64,000 bases of DNA, taken from the human T2T-CHM13v2.0 reference genome, Homo sapiens. The notes under the pieces were generated by a model. It was not told the DNA's origin and made no database searches. It saw only the letters and a program-made list of their open reading frames with translations. The translations under genes and the position numbers were made by a program. Shown here piece by piece: positions 30,515-44,763 of the stretch (positions are counted from its first letter, which is position 1; the number at the start of each line of letters is the position of its first letter). The DNA is taken from NCBI RefSeq assembly GCF_009914755.1, contig NC_060931.1. The stretch is one strand, 5' to 3'.

Positions 30515-30842
30515 CATTATATAATGTGTCTGTGTGTGTGTGTGGTGCATGTGTGTAAATGTTCAGAAAAAGGGATCTGGAAAGATATACAGAAAAGTGT
30601 TAATAATTGTTAATTCTATAATCCTGTGAGAGGGACTTTCCCTTTTTATTCTATAAATGTATGAATTATTTTCATTTTATGGGACTAAACTTTTAATAAT
30701 ATTTTTAAAACCAACAGAAATTATAAATTATCTTTGCCTGCATTACAGTGATGATGCTAACAGTTAAGGGCATCAGAGAAGTGAAAATTATTTTCGAACA
30801 CTGCATAGTACAAAACAATGTGTGTGCATACTGTGGATATGA
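29454..30842. repeat. Inverted duplication: arms 29454-29865 and 30429-30842, ~563-bp spacer
   Basis: Reverse-complement identity of about 97% outside the CA/TG tracts by hand alignment. Confidence 0.97.
29960..30720 (+). mobile_element. Old L1ME-like 3' fragment
   Basis: aaaggatatgcaaacacaattcatagaagaagaaatcagatggccaataaacatatga (ORF2 end) and tctggaaagatatacagaaaagtgttaata (3'UTR). Confidence 0.7.
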
Positions 30843-32006
30843 CATCATCCTTAGTATTTGTACTTCCATATAATGTATATTAGATGTAACTTTGGATGAG
30901 TGTGAGTACCCTCCACTTAAGCAGTTAATTTATCTTACATTATCTTTATTTATCAGATCTGGTGGCTTTGAATAATGCTAAATTTCGCTTCTGATCATCC
31001 CAGAGAATCAAAATGAAAAGGTTGCCACATGTAGGAGTTTTCAGTCTGTTTCATTCTCTCTCTCTTTCTCTGTGACTACAAAGTGTTTCCCTATTCTGCT
31101 TTTTTCTTCATCTCTTTTCTCATTGTCTCTAATTCTAAAAACGGTTTTCTATAAATACTGGAAGCGCATTGTAATTTGACTTCCCAATAGCAATGATAAA
31201 CTTTGAAATGCTTAATATTGTTTAAATCAAGACAACAAATGAAACCCTGTCTGGCTATCAGTCTTGTTACAGTCTCTCACTTAGGTAAAGACTCAAGAAC
31301 TTTTGCCCATCTCACGTCTGCTTCATCAGGTTCCCAACATCCTGTGCACCGATAATGCTAATATGCCCACCATCACCTTCCCCGATTCATTACTCGAAGG
31401 AACCCTGGGAAATTTTTGGCTCAAAAACTTCAGAGGTCCTAGGTCTCATTACTACTGTCTTCTTATTGACATGGAGACCTATTTGTAGTTTGAGAAATCA
31501 ATTTAGTGGTTTGAAACTGGCATTTTAAACACAAGATTGAAAGTATCAGAATGTATAATATGTAGAAAGAGTAAGAGAAGTATCATTTCATAAAACTTTA
31601 ATCTCTTTCTCGCTCTTCATACATACACACACAAAACACATTCAAATCTCTCTCTCTCTCTGAATGTACATACACACACACAAACACACAAAATGTAAAA
31701 TGTATTTCTATTATGGGTTGTGGTAAAAAAATTCAAATCTTCTATTTTTTGAACTGCTTTCACTTAATGATAGTAGATATTACTTCACTTAATGATAGCA
31801 ATACCTTCAACTTGTATTGATGCTTGATAAAATATTTTATGAAATTCATCATTGTACCCACTCTTAATACATTATCAAGGAAGTTATTCATTACATCACT
31901 TCATCATGGAGACTGTAAGAGAAATTCCTGTATGGTATAAATATAAGAATAACTGGACATTGTTTTGTTTTGTCTTTGGGATACTGTGAAATATTCTCTT
32001 AACTAG

Positions 32007-32348
<342 letters not shown>

Positions 32349-33437
32349 TAGACTAGAACTAATGCTGTGATTCCCCCATAAGTGAATAAGGGTTTTTGTA
32401 TGCATTTTACTTTGTCTTATTTCAGACATTTTTAATCTCTGTTCTTGTTTCCCTTTTCTATTTCTGATATTATTTTATAAACCTACTCTTGTTTTCTATT
32501 TCATTACCCTTATCGATTATATTAACTCTTTCTTCTAAAATAAATAACATTTTCTGAAGAAAAAAGACATATACAGATGCTGATGATTCTAAGATGCCAT
32601 AATCACTTTGTTTGCCATAATAAACAAACACAACAAGACATGTAAAACTCAGGAATTTCTCTTTCTTAGTGCAGCCTCATATATGTCTTCAAACCTTGAT
32701 GATCTTTTATATTTAAATACTATCTTTTCTGAAAGCTGCTTGACTTCCAGTCTTTCATATTAATGTTTTGTAAGCCAAGAGTTAATGATATTAACTGCTT
32801 TAATTAAGTGCATTAGGGGCACGAGATTTGGCTTCTAGTTCCAGATTTATCACTGTGTGCTCTTGGAGAATTTGGCAATTCAATGGACTTCTCTGGATCA
32901 TGTTCCTTCATCTATAAAATGGATATGATAATATCAAATTCTCGTAAAAGCTGAAGGGATACCCCAGATACTCAAAGTTCTTTCTTAGGTCTAACATTTG
33001 TATATCAAAGAACATGTCATTCTGTTCGTTTGTTAATAGCAACTTCATAAGCTCTTTTATATCCAGTGCTGTGTAGACATCTGACCTTTTTTAAAGAAAA
33101 AAAAGTATTCCATTGCTTCACCCACATCACATGTCAGCTTTTATTGTAATATTTTACTGGAACATTTATCTTTCTCTTTATTTTTGGATTACCTTTTATC
33201 TTTTTTGAATTTTTAGTATCTTAGCACTTGCATGACAATGAAAAATGTTAAATGTTTAAATAAATATATTTAGAAGTATTAGGTGCATATAAAATACACA
33301 CATATAAGCACATTTAAAATCTCCATATTTTTCTATATAGTGGTACAACACTTGCTTGGAAATAACATGAAGTGATTTATCTCAGCTCTTATTTTCACAC
33401 ATGCATAATATAGATTGCAAATTGTGTTACATTCTGA

Positions 33438-33906
<469 letters not shown>

Positions 33907-35628
33907 GGGACTTACATATTTAGAAGAGATACAGTGACATAGAGGGGAAATTAGTTTTCACAGATTTTCAATTCCCAATGCAGGGATTCTTCAAAGTCAG
34001 AGCAACCTACAGATGATAGATGACTACCAATGACAATGTTTTGACATCATATTTACAGGATTTCTTTCCGGTCAACATTGAGCATTTTCTACCCCTATGT
34101 ATAAGAGTGGTTGGGAAGACTTCTAATTTTTTTTCCTGTCCATTCATCTCTCTTACAAGATACATTATTTTGTTGTAGCCTTAAGATTCATATTAATGCT
34201 TGGAAATAAATTTGAGACAATAGAAGTGACCAAATATTTATTTCCCCACCAGTTGCCGGACTCACATTCCTTCAAAGCTGAGACTTCCACTCCATGCTAT
34301 CATGGTACATCTCCCTCTCCACCTTTCCCCAATCTTTGCTTAATGTATTCATATGCTCATTTTATCTCCATTAGGGAGGCCCAAAATCAGTCGGATATCT
34401 TAGCCTGCATTGGATCCTCCATTGTCTGAAATACTGTACTACAGTTGTCCTCAGAGTTATCTGAACTGACCTATGTCTGTATTAAATTTTATCTTTTTGA
34501 GTGAAAGGAGTTTATACTGTCTTACTACTTTACAATATCTATTTGTAATTCTTTAGACTCTAGTGTCATGGAAAAGCTGTATTTTTTCTTCTCTCTGAGG
34601 TTTTCAGTGGTTGGATAGTCAAGATAGCGCCTGGTTAATTAGCAGCTGGTTTGTCTACCTCCCCAGAGGAATATTCAGTCCTAGCCCAACCACAAAAGCA
34701 CAGCTTCAAACAGGGAAGGTGACTTTGTTGTGAGTCTAATAAGATCACAAGGGGCTATATTTGGGGCTTCAACTACAGTGGATGGCCTAGGCATCCAGGC
34801 TGATAGCTGATTGACTCCTAATAATCTGAATTATTCTCTCAAAACAACACAACTCAATGGGAGCTACTGATTTGCTAGGGTATCATAAACAGAAAGAGAA
34901 TTAATAGTAGTCTCTGCCCTGATACAAATCCACTTCCACTGAATTGAAACAAACTCAGTAATCATAAACTAGCCAAGAATGGTGAAGACCTACTTTGACC
35001 TAAATTGGCTTATTGACTTGAGTTTTTTTTTCTGAAGAAAATACCTCTTATTGCTTATGATTATAAATTTCCACAGGGATTAGATAAATTATATTTTATC
35101 ATTAATTTTGTGTACGTGGCAACATGATTGGGGAAAATTATCTAGTGATTAAATGTAACTGTATTTGCTTTGCTAGAAAATTACACCAAAGAAGACCAAT
35201 GGGTAAGTAGTCTCACCTCTCTTGTAAATACCAGATTGGAAACTGGGTGTGTTCTAGGAAGAACACACATGCACCTCATAAAAGTAAATAGAATTAAATC
35301 AACAAGAAGTAAGCACTAATTATACCATAGGGTGAATAGTTTTTAAAAAGTCTTGTCTTTTCAATTGTTAGTTATGGTCCATTCTAAAAAACATGTTATG
35401 CTCTTATAACAGTGAGGAGATCCTCAGGGGATGAATATTAGTAAACCCTCAAGACATCTTATATATGAATATTTGGTTTAAAACTAAATATTTAACTCTT
35501 TGTGTTAAATAGCAGAGTACCACCCTTCATTTGTAAAATAGAATTCAAGATCATAAATATGTGTTGGATGACAGTAGAACCCGTTTTAATTTGTACACAC
35601 ACAAACATTATGTTCTTTCTCTCCCTCT

Positions 35629-35840
35629 CTGTGTGTGTGTGTATATATATACATATATATATACACATTTGTATAAACATTTGTATATACATTTGTATAA
35701 ACATATATACATTTGTATAACATTTGTATATACATTTGTATAAACATACATTTGTATTATATATATGTATATATATGTATGTATGTATGTATATATGTAT
35801 GTATGCATGTAAGCATATATGTGTGTATGTATGTATCTGT
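35629..35840. repeat. Compound TG/TA/(TATG)n microsatellite with a 12-mer acatttgtata(a/t) minisatellite
   Basis: About 7 copies of acatttgtat at 35665-35757 within TA-rich repeats. Confidence 0.9.
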
Positions 35841-35893
35841 CTATCTGAAGGAGAAAAGTTTCATGCTGGCCACTACTAACAAAGGTGATTTGC

Positions 35894-36204
<311 letters not shown>

Positions 36205-39200
36205 GAGTGATGTGCTATCAACATCAATAATGAAGTACATGTCTCAATAGACATCTCAGTTTGTATTTTCTACACACTCAGTTACATATCTTGTAAATAA
36301 AAGGGGAAAGGTAGATTAGTATTTTTTATCCCCCGACCACTGTATATCCCATACTCATCTTAGTACTTAAATGGCTATTTCCAAATACATTCATTTTCTT
36401 AAGCATATGGGATGAGTTGATGGTATCCTAGATACAAAGGAGTCTCATTATTTTATTTTGCCAGAACTTTTTTCTTCCCCACAGGTTTATAGTTTCATAG
36501 TTCTTTATAGTATGCTACGCCCAAAGGAGGCATGAATACCGAAATAAAAAAGTGCCAATGTTAAGATACATGTTTTGCACCAGAATATAAATTTTCGCAT
36601 TGGTTGACTGATAACACTGTTGTATTGTCATTTTTCTCAAAGTAAGGTCTTACTAAGCCTGTTCTTGACCATTACCATCAAGTACCATTACCATCAAGCT
36701 ATTTATAATCTTTGTATTTAGTTTCTATGTACTAGCAATAGAAAATATTATCTTTCTCATCTCTTTCATTTAGTGACTAAATTTCCCTAGAATATACAAG
36801 TGATCTAAGACCCAGGGCTGGAAATGGGAGGTACATGTGAGTTTCTCAAATTATGCAAGAGCTTTATCATACTATGGCCTGAAAAATTCCTGCATAGTGG
36901 CCATTGTCTGTCTTATAGAAAGGCAGGAGTTTGCATTCACCAAATAAACGAAACAAGAATTCACAGCTGCAGAAAATTGAATTACACATTTTCTTAAGAC
37001 AATAGTCATATCATGGCAACAGATTACCTACTTAATCAACTGTAATCAACTTTTAGTAATTGTGAAGGTAAAGTTAGTTCTATTAGCTCAACTCAAAACT
37101 TCCTTTAAGTAGTAAAATAAATCTAATTACATTGAGTTAACTTTTTTGATGACTATAGTTTTCTACTATAGGCTATTTTTCAATGAGTTGAATAATTTGC
37201 TTATATATTTATATTTTTTTATGATAGTGTTAATCAACTTGACATATCAAGAGGATAATAATTTTCTGCTCATTAAATAATATCCCTAACTATATTGTCA
37301 AAGTACTCAAAATTTAATGCTGAAATATGTAGGGGCTGAGCGGCCTCTGTGATTGTTTCAGATTGCATCTTCCATTGTTGAAAGAATTACCTGTGATATC
37401 AATTAATGTTCATAGAATTTTCGGAGCCAATTTTAATGAAAAGTTAAACCCAGTACTGTTTATCAGTGCCAGTAATTGCTCTCCTGTATGTTATAACCAG
37501 GCCTATCTATTCCCAAATGCCCCGAGGCAGAGCTGTTTATAGATAGCCATGAAAACAATGTTTTGAAACTTCAGCTTGCCTGAATCAAAAACCTCCTTTT
37601 ATGCATGGTTAGTTAAATCAGCCAAAAAGATAGTTGACAGCAATATTTGAAAATATCCTGAAAATGGTTTGACCTTTTCATTAGGTGCTAGAAATAAAAG
37701 CAGAGAATTAAAAGAAGACTTCTATTTAACCTTTTGAACAAAAACCGGTTTACAAGTCAAACATATCTTAGGATTGTGCGTGAGCTGCTGATGACATAGA
37801 CACTCATTTGCTCCTTAAAGAACAAAATTTGAGCACAAGGAAAGAAAACCTTTCTCTGGAACAAGTAAGCTCTATTTAAAAAGTGTAGGTCTCTATTTAA
37901 AGAGAGTAGGGCTGGCAAAGGCCTTTGTCGTCTGGCCAGCAAAGAGGATAATGTGCAGAGACATTTAAATTCAGTGGGACAAACACTACCCTTTGTTGGC
38001 TCCCACACTCTCAGACACACACACAGAACTTCCACTAAAGTGAGAGAACTGTATCTAATTTGGAATTCAGAAGATGGCCAAAAATAAATAGTTTATTGTC
38101 ATATTCAGATATTATATTCATGGTTTTCTAGGTTGGTGTGTATGACATCACTGCTTTAAACCCAGCCATGCATCAGCATTGGTCACTGTTCTTTCTCATG
38201 CCTAGTCGGGGGGTGGGTTTAAAAGAAGAAAGTGTTGAGCATAGATTTGACAGGACTTGAAAACTGGGAAAGGTTTAGGGATACACTTTTGAGTTGAATC
38301 TTTTCCTTTTTGCTAATGCTGCTTCTCATATAACGTATATTCAAATATATTAGGTTTTTTAATTACAAAAGTAATACTTGCTTATTGTTTTCAAATATAT
38401 TATGGGTAAGCTGTTTTTTAAAAAGTGAAACTGTCTTTCTGCCTCTATGTCCACATCCTCAGCAAAAGCACTGTTGATATAGTTTTTTTCAACCTTTTTG
38501 CTATGCATTTACAAATATACACGTTCTTTTGTGTGTGCGTAGATGTAGAACATATATTCCAAGTGTCATTGAGAACAACATATATTTTCCTGCAAGATGC
38601 ATTTTTTGAAAAAAACTTGGAAATATCAAGGGCTGCCTTCTGTGTTAAAAGCTATAAATACTTTCAACAGATTATCCACAGTTGTACATTATCCACAATG
38701 TAAGTGTAACATGATTAATTTTTTTCCTAAGGTTGGATATTTAGTTTCTCTAAAATTTTTCACTACTATGAAAAAAAGATTCAACGTATATCTAAGTATA
38801 TGCTAATCAATAAATGCTTGTGACCATGTGAGCTTTACATTAAAAACAAAAAGTTTTGAATATTTGGGTAAATGTTGAATTCCCATCTTGATAGATTCTT
38901 TCAACCCTAAAAATAAGATAGGATTACTGACGTCTTTAAAATAATGGAAATATTTATTGGCCCTAGTGTATCTGTGGTATCATTGACCTTTTAAAAAATC
39001 CAAATCTAGATATGAGTCAGTGGTGTGAAAACAAAAAATAACAGAGAGTTTAAAATTATTTATGATGAAATATACTGACACCTAAAATAACCCCCATGTG
39101 AAGAAATATTTCACACTTTATTTTAATATATTTTTTATATTTTACAGAAACACTTATATATCGCTTACCACAATTATGGTCACTAATATTAACCTTTTTC

Positions 39201-39711
39201 ATTTACCATTTTTTTACTTCAGAGATAAAAATAAAACCAATAAAGTTATGCTGCTTATAAAACAGAAGACCTTGAGATGTGTCTAGTTTTATTATATTGT
39301 TGTGGAGCCATTTGTATTGTTAGCCCATGTAGAGGAAAAACAGAAATGCAGCCACGTCCATAATTCCTTTTATTCATGTGTAGGTTATAATTTGAAATAC
39401 ATCAGATTAATGATCTTAGTCATGCAAATTTAATTTATAAAGTTGAGATTATTTTCACCAATACCTAAAACATCTGTATTCAGAGTTTTTGTTAACTATG
39501 CTTTATTATCCAGGCTGAATATTGTAGCAAGAACTTTATAGTTAACTGTCATATACATCTCAGAAGACTGGCATACATTTTGTGAAATCTATGAATTTGA
39601 TTGCTTAAAAACTCCTTTGGCTCCTATAGTGTATGTATTCCTATTAGAATATACAATTGAAAGAACACAACTAGAGCGTATACAAAGGGGAGTGGTTAAA
39701 TCATAGAGGAC

Positions 39712-40000
39712 CCTGTCACCCACGCTGTAGTGGAGTGGCATGATCTCTGCTCACTGCAGTTCTGCCTCCTGGGTTCAAGCAATTCTCCTGCCTTAGCTTC
39801 CCTAATAGCTGGGATTACAGACGTGCACCACAATACCTGGCTAATTTTTGTATTTGTAGTAGAGAGGAGGTTTCACCAAGTGGGCCAGGCTGGTCTCCAA
39901 CTCCAACTCCAACTCCAAATCCAATTCCAGGCCTCAAGTGATCCACCCACCTCAGCCTCCTAAAGTGCTGAGATTACGCGCGTGAGCCACCATGCCTGGC
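39712..40000 (-). mobile_element. Alu (AluS) lacking its A-tail, with an internal (CTCCAA)n expansion
   Basis: Antisense Alu body with no T-run at the left end; hexamer repeats at 39895-39930. Confidence 0.92.
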
Positions 40001-40919
40001 GATCTGGAGGTATTCTCCTGTGAAAAAGAGACAACTGTGATTGTTATAAATTATTCCATAAACTCTTATGTGGGAAACACATTAAATTTATTCTGTATAG
40101 CTACATGAAGCCAACTAAGACCAAAGAGTAGATGTTGAAAGGAGAGCAACGTTCAATTTTAGTTTAATCCTTAAGAATATGTTCTGCTTATATTAATAAC
40201 AATAATGCATATTTATCGTACAAAATGCAAGAAAGCATTAAAAGAAAAAATATCACCTTTGATCCCATAACCAAGAAATGGTTTGGTACCTTTTCTTTAA
40301 AGATTTTATATATGTATGGTTGTATTCAAATTGAGTATTAATTATTAGATTTCTAACAGTTATTAAATTGCATAGGGAAGAGAGGGTAACGTAACTATTT
40401 TATGGTAAATTGAACATTTGTAATAATTTTTTTATTTAAATATTCCACTTTTGAAAATGGACCCATTCCATCAGTTTCCTTTTTGGTCAATTTCCTATTC
40501 ATTTCTGAAAACAATTTGGAAGAGACTCCTTTCAAAAATATATTGCAAAAATGGTACAAATTAATTTGCAAAGTCAAATTGTGTTTTTTTGGAAAGGATT
40601 CAGGATTTTATTGCTAAAAGTGAGTTGGAAAACAACTTGGACTGCAAGGCTCCTGAAATTCTGGTAGAATTTGATGTGTTGATAGTTCAAGAAGACCAAA
40701 CCTACAAGATTTGTGGCATAGTAGATGCTTAAAAATATAATAATAAAGTGACAGAATCGGGGCAGATAGAATAATTTGCATGTCAGAGGAATAAGAAAAG
40801 CTCTTGGGCCAATTAATAGGCCCTAGAGTATTTTGTCAAAACTGAAGCCTGTGATATAAAATCTTACCTTTTTGTGCTGGCAAAATTAAGCCCAAAACAC
40901 TTTATAATAAGTAAGTCTG

Positions 40920-41475
40920 AACGTATGTATACCTTAAGACCCTGCATACACCTTTAGATACATATCCAATAGAAATGTTTACACTAAATGTGTTTTCCAA
41001 AAGTACATGCACAAGAATGTTTGTAGCAGCCCTATTTATAGTAGCCAAAAAGTGAGAGCAATGTGCCTCAAAATTAGAGTGGATAAATTATGAAACATTC
41101 ATGTAATGGAACACCATACAGCAATGAAAAAGAATGAGCCATTGTTACATACAATAATATTGGTTTACCTTACAAAGATAATACTGAAAGAAAGTAACCA
41201 AACACAAGAGTGCCTACTATATGACTCAATTTTTATAAAGTTAAAAATATGGTCAAAACTAACATGGGGTGTTAAAAGTCTGGCTAGTAGTTACTTTGAG
41301 GGTATTAATGAGAGAGGGCACAAGGAGTGCTGTTGTGGTGTTCAAATGTTTTCTTTCTTGATCTAGCTGGTTTATTGGGAGTGTTTACTTATATTAATAC
41401 ACTAAGATATACACCTATGGTTTGCCCGCTTTTCAGGATGTATGTAGCACTGGAATAAAAGTTTACATAAAATAA
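40920..41475 (+). mobile_element. Old L1M 3' end
   Basis: catgcacaagaatgtttgtagcagccctatttatagtagccaaaa...cagcaatgaaaaagaatga. Confidence 0.8.
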
Positions 41476-42830
41476 AAAAGTTTCCCCACCATGGCTCTTC
41501 CACCCTTCACAAAAAATACTTTCTCCATTAAAGAAGGAGCTCAGAGTTATAAATATTACTGAAAATTTTATTAAAGATACATTTAAATATACTTTTTAAA
41601 TGTTTTGTTTAATTTTGAGGAAAGGTCTTCCTCAAGTTTATTATAAAATTTAAGTTTACTAATTATCTGTTTGCAGTATCTCAGATAATGAAAATCTCCA
41701 ATTTATACCTCTGCTCTATACTCATGTCTTTTCTATTTAACAAAATTAGAATCAGACTTTTAAAATATGTTTCACCTATTATTCTGTTTTTGCCATTTTT
41801 CATGACATTAAATATTTCCAACTGAAATACGTTCTAACAAAGGTGTTAACAAATGAAACAAATATCTCAAAAGATCATGCTACCTCTATTAAATATTTGA
41901 GTTGAGGCTGCATGGCCACTTATGGGAGAAGTAAGTGGACTCAGACTAAGATATCAATGCCTGGCAAATATTGGGCTGTTCAATGTGTCTGTGGAATGAA
42001 TTAATGTTTTTGGAAGTCCTTCCAACTCTGATTGCCTAGAATAAGCAAAGTCAGCAAGATTATTGTGAAATGCTCACTCACTGACACTAAATGGTACATA
42101 ACAGTGCCTGGTTCTAATTATTACATCAACATCTGTGATTACTGATTCAACCCTAGCTCTTTGATATTTATTCACCAACTTTGCCATTGTTTTAAAGATA
42201 GATGATAAGCACCATGAATACTGATGGAAGCCTTTGCTTTTGGCAAAGGGTAGACAAGGTGTCTCCAAAAAGGCTTTATTTCAGCGGCAGAAGAATTTCT
42301 AACAGAGCTTGTAAACTTATTTTTAGTCTCCGCCCCTTTCCCAGTTCTGGTTACAGGGCAGACACTTTTAGTAATTTTGCTTGTCTGATAAATGATTCTA
42401 TCATTATTGATATTGTTCTTCTCTTAGCCACATGTGAACACATTTGATTGAGACTTTAAGAAATAAATTATTTCCTATTTCAAGAGTGCTTCTCTTTTGT
42501 TACAGAACTCAGAGGTCTGACTTGGAATTGTGCTTTCATTGTTTCTTCATATTCATACTATAACTAATATTGCTAATGCCAAACTTTTTATTCTATTTTT
42601 TAGGAAGAGGTGAAGCTTCAGAGATTATATTGTGATTGGTCAGCTTCTTAATCAGAAGGAAAGGAGTGTTTGTTTAGATATCTCATACATTTACTTTTTG
42701 ACTGCTATGCAACAAGACATAGAAAATGAGGGTGAAAGTGTCAAAGGGAAAAGAGTAGTAGATGTCAAATGTCATACGTGTTTCTACATGGATATATGTT
42801 CACATATAGGTTATGTATACATATACATAC

Positions 42831-43192
42831 CGCTGTGGTCTGAAAGTTTGTGCCCCTCCAAAATTTATGTTGGAACCTAGTCACCATTGTGGTGGTATTA
42901 AGAGGTAAGGTCTTTGGAAAGTGATTAGGTCAGAATGGCCTTGCCCTCAAGAATGGATTAGTGCCTTTACGAAACAGGCCTGAGGGAGCTTGTGGGCCCC
43001 TTTGCCCTTTCATCATGTGACGGCACAGAGAAAGCATCGTCCATGAGGAATGGGCCCTCACCAGACATAAATATGCTAGCCCCTCGATTCTGGACTTCCC
43101 AGCCCCCAGAACTGTGAGAAGTAAGTTTCTGTTGTTTATAAATTACCCAGTCTAAGATATTTTTGTTATAGCAGGCTGAATGGACCAAGACA
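42831..43192 (+). mobile_element. MLT1A-type MaLR solo LTR
   Basis: tggtctgaa.gtttgtg.ccctccaaaatttatgttg...ggacttcccagcc.ccagaactgtgagaa...aagaca. Confidence 0.88.
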
Positions 43193-43199
43193 CATGTAT

Positions 43200-43200
43200 A

Positions 43201-43248
<48 letters not shown>

Positions 43249-43312
43249 TGTGTGTGTGTGTATATATATGTGTGTGTGTGTGTGTGTATATGTATATATA
43301 TATGCATACATA
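43200..43312. repeat. Compound (TG)n/(TA)n microsatellite
   Basis: Directly visible. Confidence 0.95.
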
Positions 43313-43420
43313 TAGGTGAGTATATTGGATTACATTAGATAGATATGCATAAATAATGGAGAATCTCGATTGGCCAGGAGTAGAAATTATACAGTACAGA
43401 TCTGACATGTGGATTTCCCA

Positions 43421-43532
43421 GATATAATGCATCCACTGATGCATTGTATCCACTGATTTATGTGGATATAGAGGTATCCACTGATTTATGTGGATATTAT
43501 TTGTATCCACTGATCTATGTGGATATAGAGGT
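43421..43532. repeat. Minisatellite of three 28-29-bp palindromic units preceded by a hairpin
   Basis: gtatccactgat(t/c)tatgtggatat x3. Confidence 0.93.
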
Positions 43533-44398
43533 GCTTCGGCGGGGGTTGGGTGGGGGGAAACATTTGCTATTCAGCCCTATCGGCATATTTGGTGAACTGT
43601 GTGATGTGAGATGGCTTGGAGAACAGGCGGCACATTTTAGGAAGGAGTTTGTGGTCCCTAGGAAAAGCTTCACTCAAAGAAAAGAGTCTGGCTCAGTGAC
43701 CTGGAATTAAAGGGCACCTGGACACTAGGGGAATTATGGCTTTGGGAACAGCATGGCAATGTCACCTAAATCTGCCCCAGTTCAGCCATCGTTATGGTAG
43801 ATCCATATCCCAGATGTTAAGGACTGTGTGGAACCTAAAACAGATACTTCACTAAAGTATTAGGTCTCAAGTAACTTTGCTGTAGGATCCATCTGAAGTC
43901 CGGAGTCAGCATTTGAACTTCAGTTAGCAGCCTTGAGATGCTAGCCAGGGCAGTTTGAGTGGCCATTGGGCAGATTATCAAGATAGAATTCCAAGGTCAA
44001 CAGCAAAGTGACCTGAATCCTAGGCTGAACTGTGGTAGCCACACACTCCCTGAGCCTCATGTAGTGATCTTTCAAGACCAGGAACAACCAAAATGAGCAC
44101 TAAGAATGTGGCCCAAGGATAACATAGAAGTGGCAGCAGGAACATTGTCCAGGATACGTCAGTAAGAACACATACGCGTATGACACTCTGAGGAAACAAG
44201 CAGAAATATCAGAAGTGAGCCTTGGAAGTTGAGGCTCATGTCTTCCAATTGAGGGTCACAACCTGGAGTGTGGGCTTGATTTGTCAAAGGACCTTTGTGG
44301 GAAACTACAGGTGGGAAGACCTGCCATTTGCATAGAGAAAGAGAAAGAACATGTGAACAGTCTTATAAGATGCAGACTTAGATGCATCAATATATAAT

Positions 44399-44763
44399 TG
44401 ATATGGTTTGGCTGTGTCCTCACCCAAATCTTACCTATAATTGTAGCTCCCATAATCCCCATATGTCATGGGATGGACTCAGTGGGAGGTAATTGAATCA
44501 TGGGGACAGGTTTTTCCCATGCTGTTCTCATTATAGTGAATAAGTCTTACAAGATCTGATGGTTTTATACAGGGCAGTTCCCCTGCACATGCTCTCTTGC
44601 CTGCCGCCATGTAAGATGTGCCTTTTCTCTTCCTTCACGTGTCACTGTGATTGTGAGGCCTCCCCATCCATGTGGAACTGTGACTCCTTTAAACCTCCTT
44701 TCCTTTATAAATTACCCAGTTTCGGGTATATCTTTATTAGAAACATTAGAACAGACTAATACA
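44399..44763 (+). mobile_element. THE1-family MaLR solo LTR
   Basis: tgatatggtttggctgtgtcc...agactaataca with TG..CA ends and a perfect 5-bp TSD ataat. Confidence 0.95.

Noticed and set aside
36668-36698. Small direct duplications (also 31759-31798, 37871-37910, 63930-63991)
   Set aside because: Ordinary slippage products with no sign of function
38155-38223. 13-bp inverted repeat as a pre-miRNA candidate
   Set aside because: The stem is too short and the interior does not pair continuously
43446-43530. CRISPR-like palindromic direct repeats
   Set aside because: Linkers are only 4-5 nt and recur, the context is primate, and there are no cas genes; this is a minisatellite
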